Shown piece after piece: positions 1 to 11,599 of a DNA stretch of 64,000 nt. The notes below the pieces were generated by a model. That model was given only the letters and a program-made list of their open reading frames with translations, had not been told where the DNA came from and ran no database searches. The DNA is from Naegleria gruberi. Lineage: Eukaryota. The stretch lies in NCBI GenBank assembly GCA_000004985.1, contig GG738861.1; one strand, 5' to 3'. A program made the position numbers and the translations under genes. The stretch's first letter is position 1. Each line of letters starts with the position of its first letter.

Positions 1-555
1 ACCCAAACCCAAACCCAAACCCAAACCCAAACCCAAACCCAAACCCAAACCCAAACCCAAACCCAAACCCAAACCCAAACCCAAACCCAACCACCCAAAC
101 CCAAACCCAAACCCAAACCCAAACCCAAACCCAAACCCAAACCCAAACCCAAACCCAAACCCAAACCCAAACCCAAACCCAAACCCAAACCCAAACCCAA
201 ACCCAAACCCAAACACAAACCCAAACCCAAACCCAAACCCAAACCCAAACCCAAACCCAAACCCAAACCCAAACCCAAACCCAAACCCAAACCCAAACCC
301 AAACCAAAACCCAAACCCAAACCCAAACCCAAACCCAAACCCAAACCCAAACCCAAACCCAAACCCAAACACAAACCCAAACCCAAACCCAAACCCAAAC
401 CCAAACCCAAACCCAAACCCAAACCCAAACCCAAACCCAAACCCAAACCCAAACCCAAACCCAAACCCAAACCCAAACCCAAACCCAAACCCAAACCCAA
501 ACCCAAACCCAAACCCAAACCCAAACCCAAACCCAAACCCAAACCCAAACCCAAT
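1..555. repeat. Telomeric repeat array (CCCAAA)n, G-strand TTTGGG
   Basis: About 92 tandem hexamers run from the window edge, with four variant units (near 86-99 CCAACCACCC, 214 CACAAA, 304 CCAAAA, 371 CACAAA). The C-rich strand reads 5'->3' at the left edge, as expected for a genuine left chromosome end. Confidence 0.9.
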
Positions 556-1860
556 GTAACTTTCCATGCTTCGCTGGCTGGTAGTAGTAATCTTTGAGAA
601 TGCATATTTGTTAACCCTAATATTACTTGATGCTGTTAAACTAAAATCATAATCGAATTGAATCTTGAAATTACCATTTGCCTTATCAGTCCAGAAACAT
701 TTTGGCTCAGTACCAAGCAATGCCAAGTCATCACCGTGAATCAACTTGGAGCATGGAACTGTATTTGCACTGTATGAAGGTGGAGCAAATAATTTGAGGG
801 TAACTCCATCAAATAGTTCATTAATTTGAGCATAAATTTCATTGACATAGCTTGAATTGAATGATCCAAAGTATGTTGCACAGTCACCTCCAAAGTAGCC
901 ATTCATACAATCATTACAAGAAGTTCCATTCCAGTGGCCATTATCTCTATCTTGATAGCAAGAGCATTTTCCAGTAGCGTCACAATTACCATTACCATTA
1001 CAAGTTGTTTGATCATTACAATACATATCACAATTTGACCCATAGTAATTAGTCTTACACTTTTCACAAATAAATCCATCAAAATTGCCTGTACAAACAC
1101 AAGTATTGTTGCTTCCACAAGATCCACCATTCAAACAAGTTGAGTCGGTACAATATCTCTCAGTACATGTTGTACCAGTGTAGGCAGGATGACATGTATT
1201 ACAATCAGATCCATAATAATGGCCATTTATGTGATCATTAACACATGAACAAGTATTGACATCTACACATTGACCATGTCCTGAACAAACATTGGAGCTA
1301 CTCTTTGAAATAGAATTACAATCAAATTGATCACACTTTTCACCATAGTATCCTGAATCACATGCGCATTTTCCAACACCACTTGTAGAATTGATAAAAC
1401 ATTTACCATGATTTGAACAAACTCTAAAATCAGTACTTGAGTAATAATCTTCAACGCCATTATAAATACCTATACAAAGTAAGTTTTCACAAGAATCACC
1501 TGTAATCTTGACTCCATAAATTGACAAGCAGGAACACTTATCAATATCTAAACAAGTACCTCTTCCTGAACAAACTTTTGCATCCATAGAAGAAATGCCA
1601 TAACAAGTTGTGTCTTGATAATCTTGACAATCTTTACCTCCATATCTCAACTGGCATATACACGTGTCAATATCAGTACAAACACCTCTTCCTGAACAAA
1701 CACTTGGATCGAGTGAAGTTTTACCAAAACAAGTTTTAACCTGACAATCTTTATCTCCATATCCATAAGAGCATTGACAATGACCATCTTCAAAACATTT
1801 GCCCTTTCCACTGCAAACAGTTGGATCATCTTGTCTCTTTCCATTACAACTTGTGATATT
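556..1860 (-). pseudogene. Telomere-truncated fragment of an EGF-like repeat surface-protein paralog (3' end lost to the telomere)
   Basis: My own minus-strand translation is stop-free from the gap to the telomere: ...NTCHPAYTGTTCTERYCTDS...VNTCSCVNDHINGHYYGSDC...SSNVCSGHGQCVD...CMNGYFGGDCATYFGSFNSSYVNEIYAQINELFDGVTLKLFAPPSYSANTVPCSKLIHGDDLALLGTEPKCFWTDKANGNFKI...[14 protein letters not shown]. It is colinear with residues ~512-900 of the 2770..8016 protein at roughly 60% identity. The frame reads straight into the TTTGGG repeats with no stop. Confidence 0.6.
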
Positions 1861-1911
1861 ANNNNNNNNNNNNNNNNNNNNNNNNNNNNNNNNNNNNNNN
1901 NNNNNNNNNNN
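1861..1911. other. Assembly gap (51 N)
   Basis: A run of N sits immediately after a ~180-bp tract that is ~99% identical to 6301-6480. Confidence 0.95.
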
Positions 1912-2512
1912 AATTAGAAAAAAATTAAACTTTAATGGTCCACTTATTATGAAAAATATGTTGGAAGGATCAAAAGAACTCTTTGTTTCTGCAAACAACA
2001 ATATTAATATTATTTCAAAATTTCAATCAATATTTATTTATTTAAATAGTGGAAATGAAAAATTAATGGATGATTTAGGAATAATTTTAAATTTAACAAA
2101 AGACAAAGTAAAACAAAAAGGTTATGTTGGATATCTTTATCATAACTATCCAATGTTATTATTTACTAAGAGAAATATTAATTATTCTTCATTTACAAAA
2201 GAAAATTTTAAAGATGTGAAATTATTTTGTGAAAATTATTTTAAATTTAAAATTGACGAATTCGATGGTATTAATGATTGGTGGAAAACTTTGACCACTC
2301 CTGCAGAATACGATGAAGACAAAGATTTAGACGAACACTGTTTTTGTGGAAACCAATTAAATCTATCCAATAGAAGGACTTGTTGTAATTGTCTTGATGG
2401 TATTTGTGAAGGTTGTGTAATTACAAGATTTAATAATTGTATTTATTGTGAGCCAGAGTGTTTGGAAAAGGATCACTTTAATACTCAAGTAGATGAAGAT
2501 GAAAATCAATAA
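1912..2512 (+). CDS. Partial CDS (5' end in the gap): hypothetical protein with a Cys-cluster C-terminus (CFCGNQ...CCNCLDGICEGC...CIYCEPEC)
   Basis: A 200-codon open frame in very AT-rich DNA has Dictyostelium-like codon usage and a TAA stop at 2510-2512. The Cys spacing suggests a zinc-binding module. The family is not recognised. Confidence 0.35.
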
Positions 2513-2769
2513 ATGGTATTTCAAATAAAGATTGACCTTGAATTATTTGCAACATTTCAAAAGCAATTCTTTTTTAACAAGAAATTGATTGTCTAGACAC
2601 ACTGAATAACAATGAAACTGTGTGTGACTTGTTGTTTACCACCATCACATTAAATTATACAGAATATCAATCATTCATATATTAATTCAGAAGTACAATT
2701 GTTGTCCGAATATTGATTATTCCGAAAATTGCTGAATATTTGGCTAAATAATAACAATAAAGAATAACA

Positions 2770-5700
2770 TTATGATAGGTTGGCATAATAAATCACATTC
2801 GGCACTAGATTAAGCCAAAAAAAAAAACATCGGGAATATTCCTCAACAATCATAGAGTAAATTATTGCAACATATTCCGTGGTTTCCATTGTTATAAATG
2901 ATGGAATGCTGATATTAACAAGAATAGTTTTGCTTACACCTTCCATTTCTGTTGGAATGGATGAAATGACAAAGTCTGAGAGATCGGTGAAATAAATCTT
3001 GTCCACTTGGACAGATAAAGAAGAAGTTTGTAAAACAACCGGATCAGCACTCACAGTTTGTTCCTTAACAACTGAATAAGCAAGTTGTTCAGTCACATTA
3101 ACCAATTGATCGTAAATAATGAGTTGTTCAAGAGTTGATGTAATATTTTCAACAGTCTTTTGCAAATTCTCAACAATTGACAAGACAGTTTGACTTGTTT
3201 CAGTTGAAATTTGAAGATTACTCTTAAGTGCTTGGTCAATTACTTCATTCAAAATAGAAATTGACTTATCAATAACTACTGGAACAATAATTTCATCGCA
3301 CTTAATCACAGAATAAACAGCATAAACAACCATTGATAAAGTTGACTCAATTGAGGTTTCCACTCTTGTAGTTTCCACAGCACTTGTAAGTGTACTAAGA
3401 AGTTGAGTTTGAATTTTAGTAATTGTTTCAGAATCTTGATGTTGAACTTGTGGTAAACTTTGCAACAATTGACTTGTTGAAACGATTGTATTAACAGTTT
3501 GTGAAATACTTTCAATTGGATTACCATCTTGAATGATGGCTAAAATGATTTCGGTTGTTTGATTGGACACCCGTTGCCAAATCTCTTCGACTGTGTTTAC
3601 CACAACTGTTGTCACTGTAATATTTGTGAACATGATTCTTGATTCTCCAGATTGGGTATCAGTCAATTCAACGAACCATTTAACAGGTGCAGATTGTGGA
3701 GTATTTGAACAAGAGGATACCACAGCAGGGATTTTAACAGTATCCTCCTTTGAGACTGGTACTTGAATTTTGATTCCAGTGTCACTATCTACATATCCTT
3801 GGGTGATTTGGATAGTATTTCGTTCATTTTGACAATTTACACATAAAACTTTGAATTCTGTTTCCATGGAAACGCCATTAGAAGGTGTAATACTACATGG
3901 ACATTTTTGTGGTTGAGTTCCTTTTGTAATTGTTGTTGAAATTTCGGTAGAAGCAATTTCAATACCATTAACAATATTAGATTCATTTGTTTGAACATAC
4001 GAAACTTTCAATGCAATACTATTTTCAGTTCCTTCATCAAATTCCCTAGCATCAATAATAATAGCACTTTGTGTATTCTTACTCACAACTTGAACATAAC
4101 TTGAAGTTGATAACATTGTGGTTGTCAAAAAAGAATCTCTTGATTCTATTCTTATAGTTTTACTCTCAGAAACAATGGAGTTGTCAATCTTCCATTCAGT
4201 TTTAATAGAAAGTGATGAATCTGATAAATCCTGTTTTGAGTGAGAGACTTCAATGGAAAACTTCTCATCACTTTTGACAACAGATTTAAAGTCTGGAGAA
4301 ATGTCAATAATATTGAGAATCGGAGGAAAATGAACAAAATTCAAAGTAATAGAACATGAAACCTTTCTTTCTCCTTTTGTAATGCTTAGAGTAAAAGTTG
4401 GTTTCTGTAAAGTTGAAACGGAAAAGTCAGATTTGTCAACATTGAAGAGAGTTAAATGATTCTTGGAATGGAAAGACATTTTGTCAACAACACCATCTCC
4501 ACAATAACCACCAGTTTCAGAATTGACACACGACCATTGCCATAATTCAGATTCGTCTGTGTTGTTTTCTGGATCTTGATAATTGACTTGAATTGTTGAT
4601 GAATAATTACTCACTCTCTTCAATGAAAGATAAAGTGAAAGGTCAGGTTGTTCTGTGTAAATTATCACATAATCGCTCGATGATAAACTTGAATTTTGTG
4701 CAGCTGTAATTGAAATTTGGAAAACGAATTTCCACTTTCCCTTAATGAAACTGTCAATAATCAAATTATTGTAAGCGTCCCTCTTGAATGAAAGGGATGG
4801 ACCCTCAATTTGTTCCCATTCAATATTAATTGTTTCATTCTTCAAATGGTCTGGAATTGTAGTTGTCTTTTTGATATGAACCGACTTTTCAGTTGACTTT
4901 TGTCTAATAATCTTACTACCTGAAATTACCACTGAAGGAACTTGATATTCAATAATTTGGAATGTGAAAATATTAATCGAACTGAATTCATTTGTTACTG
5001 TACTTCTCACAACTAGTGTCAACTTGTAAACTCCCAGTTTTAGTAATCCCTTATCAATCTTAATGGTTGCTTGCTTGTTGGATTTTAAGAAATTTTCAAT
5101 AGTTGAATTGATAGAGTTTCCCTCAATCTTCCAAGTATACTCCAGTTCTTTCCTATCTCCAGAGAAAGAGTATGATCCACTAAATATTATATCTTCTGTT
5201 TCACTGTAAATTCTTTTTGATGACTTCACATCAGCAACTGGACTTTTGACAGTATTTGGAGGCATTAAATAAATAATAGTGTCATCTATGATGGTTCTTG
5301 TAGAAAAAGCTCCAAGTTTGTTCAATCTTCTTGTAAGTGTAGTAAATAGATTTCTGTTCACTCTAAACTGGTTTCCTATGACTGACGAAGAGTTTAGAGT
5401 AAAATCATAATCGAACTGAATCTTGAAATCACCGTTTGCCTTATTAATCCAGAAACATTTAAGTTCTGTGCCGAATAATGGTTGATCATCTATGTAAATA
5501 AGTTTTGAACATGGAACAGAGTTTGGTAAATAGGAAGGTGGAGCAAATAGCTTAAATATCACACCATCAAAGTAATCCGTAACCTGAGAATAAATTTCAT
5601 TGACATAGGTTGAGTTGAATGATTCAAAATAAGTAAAACAATCGCTTCCAAAGTAACCAGTCTGACACGAGTTGCATGAGCTACCATTCCAATAACCATT

Positions 5701-8700
5701 CTTGGAATCTGAAAAACAAATACATTGTCCATTGGATCCACATTGACCATGTCCATTACAAGTTGATTGACTATTACAATAGACATTACATTGTGATCCA
5801 TAACTATTGGATTTACAAGTTTCACAAATCAATCCAGTAAAGTTTCCAATACAATCACAGCTATTATCAGTTCCACAAGAGCCACCATTCAAGCAAGTTG
5901 AACCAGTACATGTTTTAACATTACAATTTGGACCAGCATATGCAGGATGACAAATGTTACAATCAGATCCAGAATAGAAACCATTAGCACTATCTCTAAA
6001 ACATGAGCAAGTGTTAATTCCAACACAGTTACCATGTCCTGAGCAAACATTTGAGTTATTCTTGGCAATAGAGTTGCAATTAAACATTTCACACTTATCT
6101 CCGTAATATCCCGCAACACAGGAACATCCTCTTGTTGAGCAGTTACCATGCTTTGAGCAAACTCTATAATCATTGCTTGAATAAAAATCTTCAACATTAT
6201 TGTATACTCCTTTGCAAAGTAAGTTTTCACATTCATCACCAGTAATCTTTATACTGACACCGTTTGATGAAAAACATTGACAGGTGTCAATATCAGTACA
6301 AACACCTCTTCCTGAACAAACACTTGGATCGAGTGAAGTTTTACCAAAACAAGTTTTAACCTGACAATCTTTATCTCCATATCCATAAGAGCATTGACAA
6401 TGACCATCTTCAAAACATTTGCCCTTTCCACTGCAAACAGTTGGATCATCTTGTCTCTTTCCATTACAACTTGTTATATTACATTTAGATCCAAAAAATC
6501 CAATTAAGCATTTACATAAATCATTTCCTATACATTCACCTTTTCCAGAACAAACAACTGTATCTTCAAGACTTGAAATGCCAAAGCATTCAAAAGTTTG
6601 GACTGTAACAGCCGCATTCAATGAACAGTCTGCTCCAAAGTATCCAGCTGTACAATTACACTTATTTAATGAAAGACAATCACCATGTCCACTACAGACC
6701 TGTGATGAATTATATTCAACTCCTGAACATGTGTGGAATTCACATTCCATTCCAAAATATCCGACATTACATGCACATTGATCCACTTGAGAGCAATTAC
6801 CACGGTTTAAACAAGCACCATTTAGACCTTTTCCAAAACAAATTGGTGATGAACAATCTACACCTGCCCAATTTTGATTGCACGTACAATTATTTGGAGA
6901 GTTACATTGACCATGTGAGGAACAAACCAGTGATGAGTTTGAAAGAATATTGAAACATTTTGGGAGAGCACACCAATCTCCTCCGTACATAGTGTTGCAT
7001 TGACAAATACCACCCACACAAGTGCCATTAGATGAACATACTGATGGGTCATCCTTTGAAATGCCATTACATTTGAGTAGTTGACATTGGTTTCCTTCGA
7101 AATTAGGAGAACAGGAACATGTATCAACACCAGAACATGTTCCATGTCCAGAACAAACTGATGTTTCGTTTGACAATTTTCCAAAGCAATATGGGTATTG
7201 ACATTGTGGACCTCCATAGTCTGAGTTACATTGACATGAATCCAATCCAACACATGAACCATGGGAATTGCAAATAGATGAGTCGTTTTGTAAAGTCCCA
7301 TAACATGTTGTAATTGAACAATTAGATCCATAATAATTTGAAGAACATGAACACGAATTATAATCCATACAAATACCATGCCCTGAACAAACACTGGAAT
7401 TGGTTTTTGCTACAAAGTAACAATCAAAATCTTCACAATTAGATCCATAATAATTTGAAAAACATGAACATGAATTAAATGTTGAACATGTACCATATCC
7501 TGAACAAACCTGACTTGAATTAGAAAAGACTCCATTACATGTTGTAATTGAACAATTAGATCCATAGTAATTTGAAGAACATGAACACGAATTATAATCC
7601 ATGCAAATACCATGTCCTGAACAAACACTGGAATTGGTTTTTGCTACAAAGTAACAATCAAAATATTCACAATTAGATCCATAATAATTTGAAAAACATG
7701 AACATGAATTAAATGTTGAACATGTACCATATCCTGAACAAACCTGACTTGAATTAGAAAAGATTCCATTACATGTTGTGACTGAGCAATTGGCACCATA
7801 ATAATTTGATGAGCAGCTACAGGAATTATATGCTGTACAAGTGCCTTGATTAGAACAACCAGTGGTAATAGAGTTTGAATATCCATTACATGTCCAAGAA
7901 GAACAATTTGAATTGAAATAACCAGTTGAACAGAGATTACAATAACCTCCAGCATAATTCACATCACATGCAAGGTAAATTTTTCTGAGTTCATCGATTT
8001 CTGCAATTACCATCAAATTGCTATCGCTGGCAAAAGCTAAGCCTACAAGTGTATTGAACTTGGTATTGGCCAGAGTTTCTCCATCATTAAATGTGCCAGC
8101 ACTATTGCCAGCATATGACGATATTGTGCCCGTGTTAGCATTGGCAGCAGAGGGTGTGAAAAGTTTAAGCGCACCACTGTCAGTGTAGTATACATTACCG
8201 TTGTCGTTTACAAAAAAGTCTTTGATTGATACAGAAGAGGTCTTAATTAAGTTAGTTTAAACATTTGACCCAAAACTTACAGTACAAATTGTTGTAACTG
8301 TTGAAGCTGTGAAAACTTTTAGATAAAAAGTTGAACCGATTTGTTGAAAGTAATATATCTTTCCGTCAGAAGGTCTTATATTAAAAGAAACTAAAAGAAT
8401 TAAAAGAAAATGTCCGATAACTTACATAGTGATGCAATATTTGCTGATGAAGATGCACCATCAGAAGTGGAAGCACCCCCTCCCAAAACAACTTCAATCT
8501 TGCCAGTTAAAGAGTTGATTTTGTAAATGTAACTGTCTAATGCAAAATAGACCTCACCATTGTAATATTTTACATATTTGACAGACTAGAATAAATTGGA
8601 TATTCATTTAATATTCATTCATTTCAATATTATAAAAATACTTACAATAATAGTACAAGCAGTTGGAGTGTTTCCATTAGCACATACTGGTCCAGCTGAT

Positions 8701-10271
8701 ACACCAGCTACAACCGTTACTAAACCAGTGCTTTTAGAAAGTAATTTGATATATATTCCAGTAGAATAAGAATCGACTGTTATATGAAAAATGTAACCTC
8801 TAAAATTCCATAATATAAAACTTACTCAAATAGATATCTCCAGTTGGAGTGCATGTCATAGATATAATGTTAGAATATCTAGCAGTCACATATGAACCTC
8901 CAATATTGTCAGATCCACTTGGGGCTTTGTTATTATAAGGAAGATAAAAAAATCCTGCGTAATGCTTAATTGTTGAACTTGTTAAATTGTAAAACTTAAT
9001 ACTGGTTGAGTCAGCCATATAAAATCCATCGCTGTATAAAGCAATTGCACTTGGAGCCAATTTAAGAGTTTTGGCATTTCCTTCATTCAACACGTTTCTG
9101 TAGTGCAAAAAAGAAGACAAAGTAGTTCCAACAAGTTTTCTAATGTTGTAAGAATTTTCAGCAAAGTAAAGATCACCATTTGTTGGATCAATAGTTAAGT
9201 ATTCAATGAAACCAATTATTGAAGATGGTGTAATAGTTCCATCTGCTGACTCACCTCTATATCCATTACCCAAAACTTGTTGCACAATTCCATCGGTTGT
9301 TAGTTTTCTAATGCTATAATCATATGCATTCCAATAAAGCTCATTATTGTAGCAGTCCATCTTGGTAGGATAGTTAGTTGTATCCATTAGATACGAGGTT
9401 CCAGAAATACCTGTACTTTTTGAAGCACCATTTCCAACAACTGTTGTGACATTAATAGTTCCTCCACTTTCAGTCAATTTTTGAATATAGTTTTTACTGG
9501 CAGATACATAAACATAAAGACCTCCATTACAATATTTGATTTGCATTGCAAAACCTATTAAACCAGTTTTGTAAACACTAGCTGCATTGGTTGTTCCATC
9601 AATTTTTCTAATCAGCCGATTGTCTTTTCCAATAGTCAAGGAACCTCAAACAATTAATACTTACTATAATCTGCATAATAAATGTTATCTGAAGGATCTA
9701 CAGTTATTGAGGAAGAAGAACCGGTTTGAACCAAGAGAGGATTTGAAACAGTATTGTCAGAGTTTCCAATTCCAGCACCAAAAATTACCGAAACTTGACC
9801 AGTGGATGAATCTAATTTTCTAATTCTAACTGTTCCATCAATCCAAATTAAGTCTGTTTTCCATCTTATTAAGCTTTTTGGTGTACTCATTTGAGTCGTT
9901 GTGGGATCAGTTGTGTATGTTGATCCATATGTACCACTTCCAACCTTTACATAAAATTAACCAATAAAAACTTCTAGAAAACCTACAACAGTTGAAATAA
10001 TACCTGATGAAAGAGTAATCTTTCTAATTGTTGCTGACTCGGTCGTGTACAATACTCCGGCCGTAGCATCTAAATAAATATATCCAGGAGAAACTTGATT
10101 ACTTGAGATTGGTACATTGTTCAAAGCACTAGACATTCCTCCAATTACCATGGATTTGTAGGTTCCTGTGCACGCCACATTATTATTGCTAATATTCAAA
10201 ATAATTATCAAAAAACAAAGTAATAAGGCTATGACCTCATTCTTTGATGTTGTTGAATAGAAGCACCACAT
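2770..10271 (-). CDS. Multi-exon gene: signal peptide + NHL-repeat beta-propeller + ~25 EGF-like (tenascin/laminin-type) repeats + Ser/Thr-rich region; giant secreted/surface glycoprotein
   Basis: The 1748-aa ORF 2770..8016 actually continues open upstream to ~8256 and encodes NHL motifs (KDFFVNDNGNVYYTDSGALKLF...). Further NHL exons lie at 8827..9639, 9654..9890 and 9957..10271, separated by short GTAAGT...TAG introns (for example 8778..8826 and 8586..8645 on the minus strand). The first exon starts at ATG 10271 with a signal peptide, MWCFYSTTSKNEVIALLLCFLIIILNIS. EGF units follow the CxxHGxC...C.C...YyGxxC pattern and carry many N-x-S/T sites. Confidence 0.75.
7382..7849. repeat. Near-perfect 2 x 234-bp tandem duplication inside the EGF region of the 2770..10271 gene
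   Basis: The string cctgaacaaacactggaattggtttttgc recurs at 7382 and 7616. The protein repeats the 78-aa block NG(I/V)FSNSSQVCSGYGTCSTFNSCSCFSNYYGSNCE(Y/D)FDCYFVAKTNSSVCSGHGICMDYNSCSCSSNYYGSNCS(V/I)TTC twice. Confidence 0.85.
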
Positions 10272-11599
10272 GTTATTTTTTTGTTAGAGAGGAAACTCGT
10301 ACGGTATAAATACTCCTATTTCTTCACAATCCGTTAACCAGGCTTCACCAACATCTTCATTTTGCGCCTCGTCAAAAAGATGCAACATCCAAACTCGGCA
10401 GTATTACAAGCTGAGCAGAGTACTCTGCCCGGAACACTGTTACAAATAAAGAAGTAACCGTAAATTTAGAGGAGATACTAATTGACGGGTCAAACGGGAC
10501 AAGGCAGCATTAAGATACGGAGCAAGAAAAGTGTTTCAACGAGAATTTTCCTCGCTGTAAGTCAGTCACTTTTATTAAGGATAATACGGCAACAAAGAGC
10601 CAAACCAAATACAACATTCTAAACAATCTTTTATATTTGATATCACACTTATCACTTTGTAAAATTATGCTTCCATCTCAAAGGATAGCAGAGTGTTATA
10701 CTTGGTAGTGTCCCTACTCATGTTAATCAATGTTGTGAATGTTATTTACACTACTCTATTAAGGATTCTTGTAATATTCTCGAACAGGTTAATTTGCTGT
10801 TCAAATCATTGATAAGAGAAAGTTCTCCTATTCCGCAAGTTTATTTGGCCCCAAAGTAGATTTTCATCAAAATCTTCAAAATCGGCACATCTACTTGGTC
10901 ATCACAAAAACCATCTCCAATTAATTGGAGATTGTTCACTGATCAATAGTGTGTGGGGTTGAATTTTGGAAACTTTCTTCGGGTAATTCAGCAAGGCATC
11001 TTCATCATTACTTTCTTCAATAACTATATCATTGTGGAGGTTTCACACTGGCCAGGGCACTAGGAAGATTGTCATAATTATGTGGGGGTGGGTGGGTCGT
11101 GAAAAAAGGATGTCCATAATTACGTGGTCCAGAGTGGGTCAGAAAGTAGAGCAGAGCAAAAACAAAAATTGGCAAAAGTAGAGCCGAAGGTTTATTAGCC
11201 AAGAGTGAGACAGCGTTCAAAGTATCAATTATCACTTGTTCTGCTAGCAACAAGTACTTCTGGGTTCTTGATTGTTTGTGTACCAACAACTTTGGGCAGG
11301 CATTCATCTGGATTGTTATGGTTGAATGTGCTATGGCTGATGTGGAAGGAGGCAAAGGGAGAACTCTCCTCCTGGTACTGATGTTGGTAGTTAGCAGGGT
11401 GGTGATGAAATCATGGGTAATTGTTGTTTGTTGTTTTTTTTGTTGAATATTTAACGGTCAGAACATTCAACTTTCAGCGGTAACATGTGTGAAAAAGCTC
11501 ACATGCAGTGGCCAGGATTTGTTGGGACGATCTTACAGTGAGGTTGGGTGGGTCAAAAAGTGAGGGTCGTAATTATGACAATCTTCCCTAGACCAAGAT

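Noticed and set aside
614-621. Single AACCCTAA (TTAGGG-type) unit just inside the subtelomere
   Set aside because: One isolated unit in AT-rich sequence is expected by chance. It is not evidence of a second telomere type.
3306-7955. Many 60-190-aa ORFs inside or antisense to the giant genes (for example 3563..3766, 5559..5825, 5889..6239, 6249..6464, 6858..7394, 14612..15166, 17754..18326, 26063..26548, 26694..27155, 27807..28415, 30055..31182)
   Set aside because: They are off-frame or antisense readings of highly repetitive Cys/Asn/Gly codon arrays (V/M/L-rich nonsense). The real frames are the long EGF-repeat ORFs.
8014-8016. Start codons listed by the ORF track for 2770..8016 (MMVIAEID), 37533, 44356, 56970..58682, 58692 and 46170
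   Set aside because: The underlying codons are TTG/GTG, printed as M. The real genes start at upstream ATGs or continue through introns, so the coordinates were adjusted accordingly.
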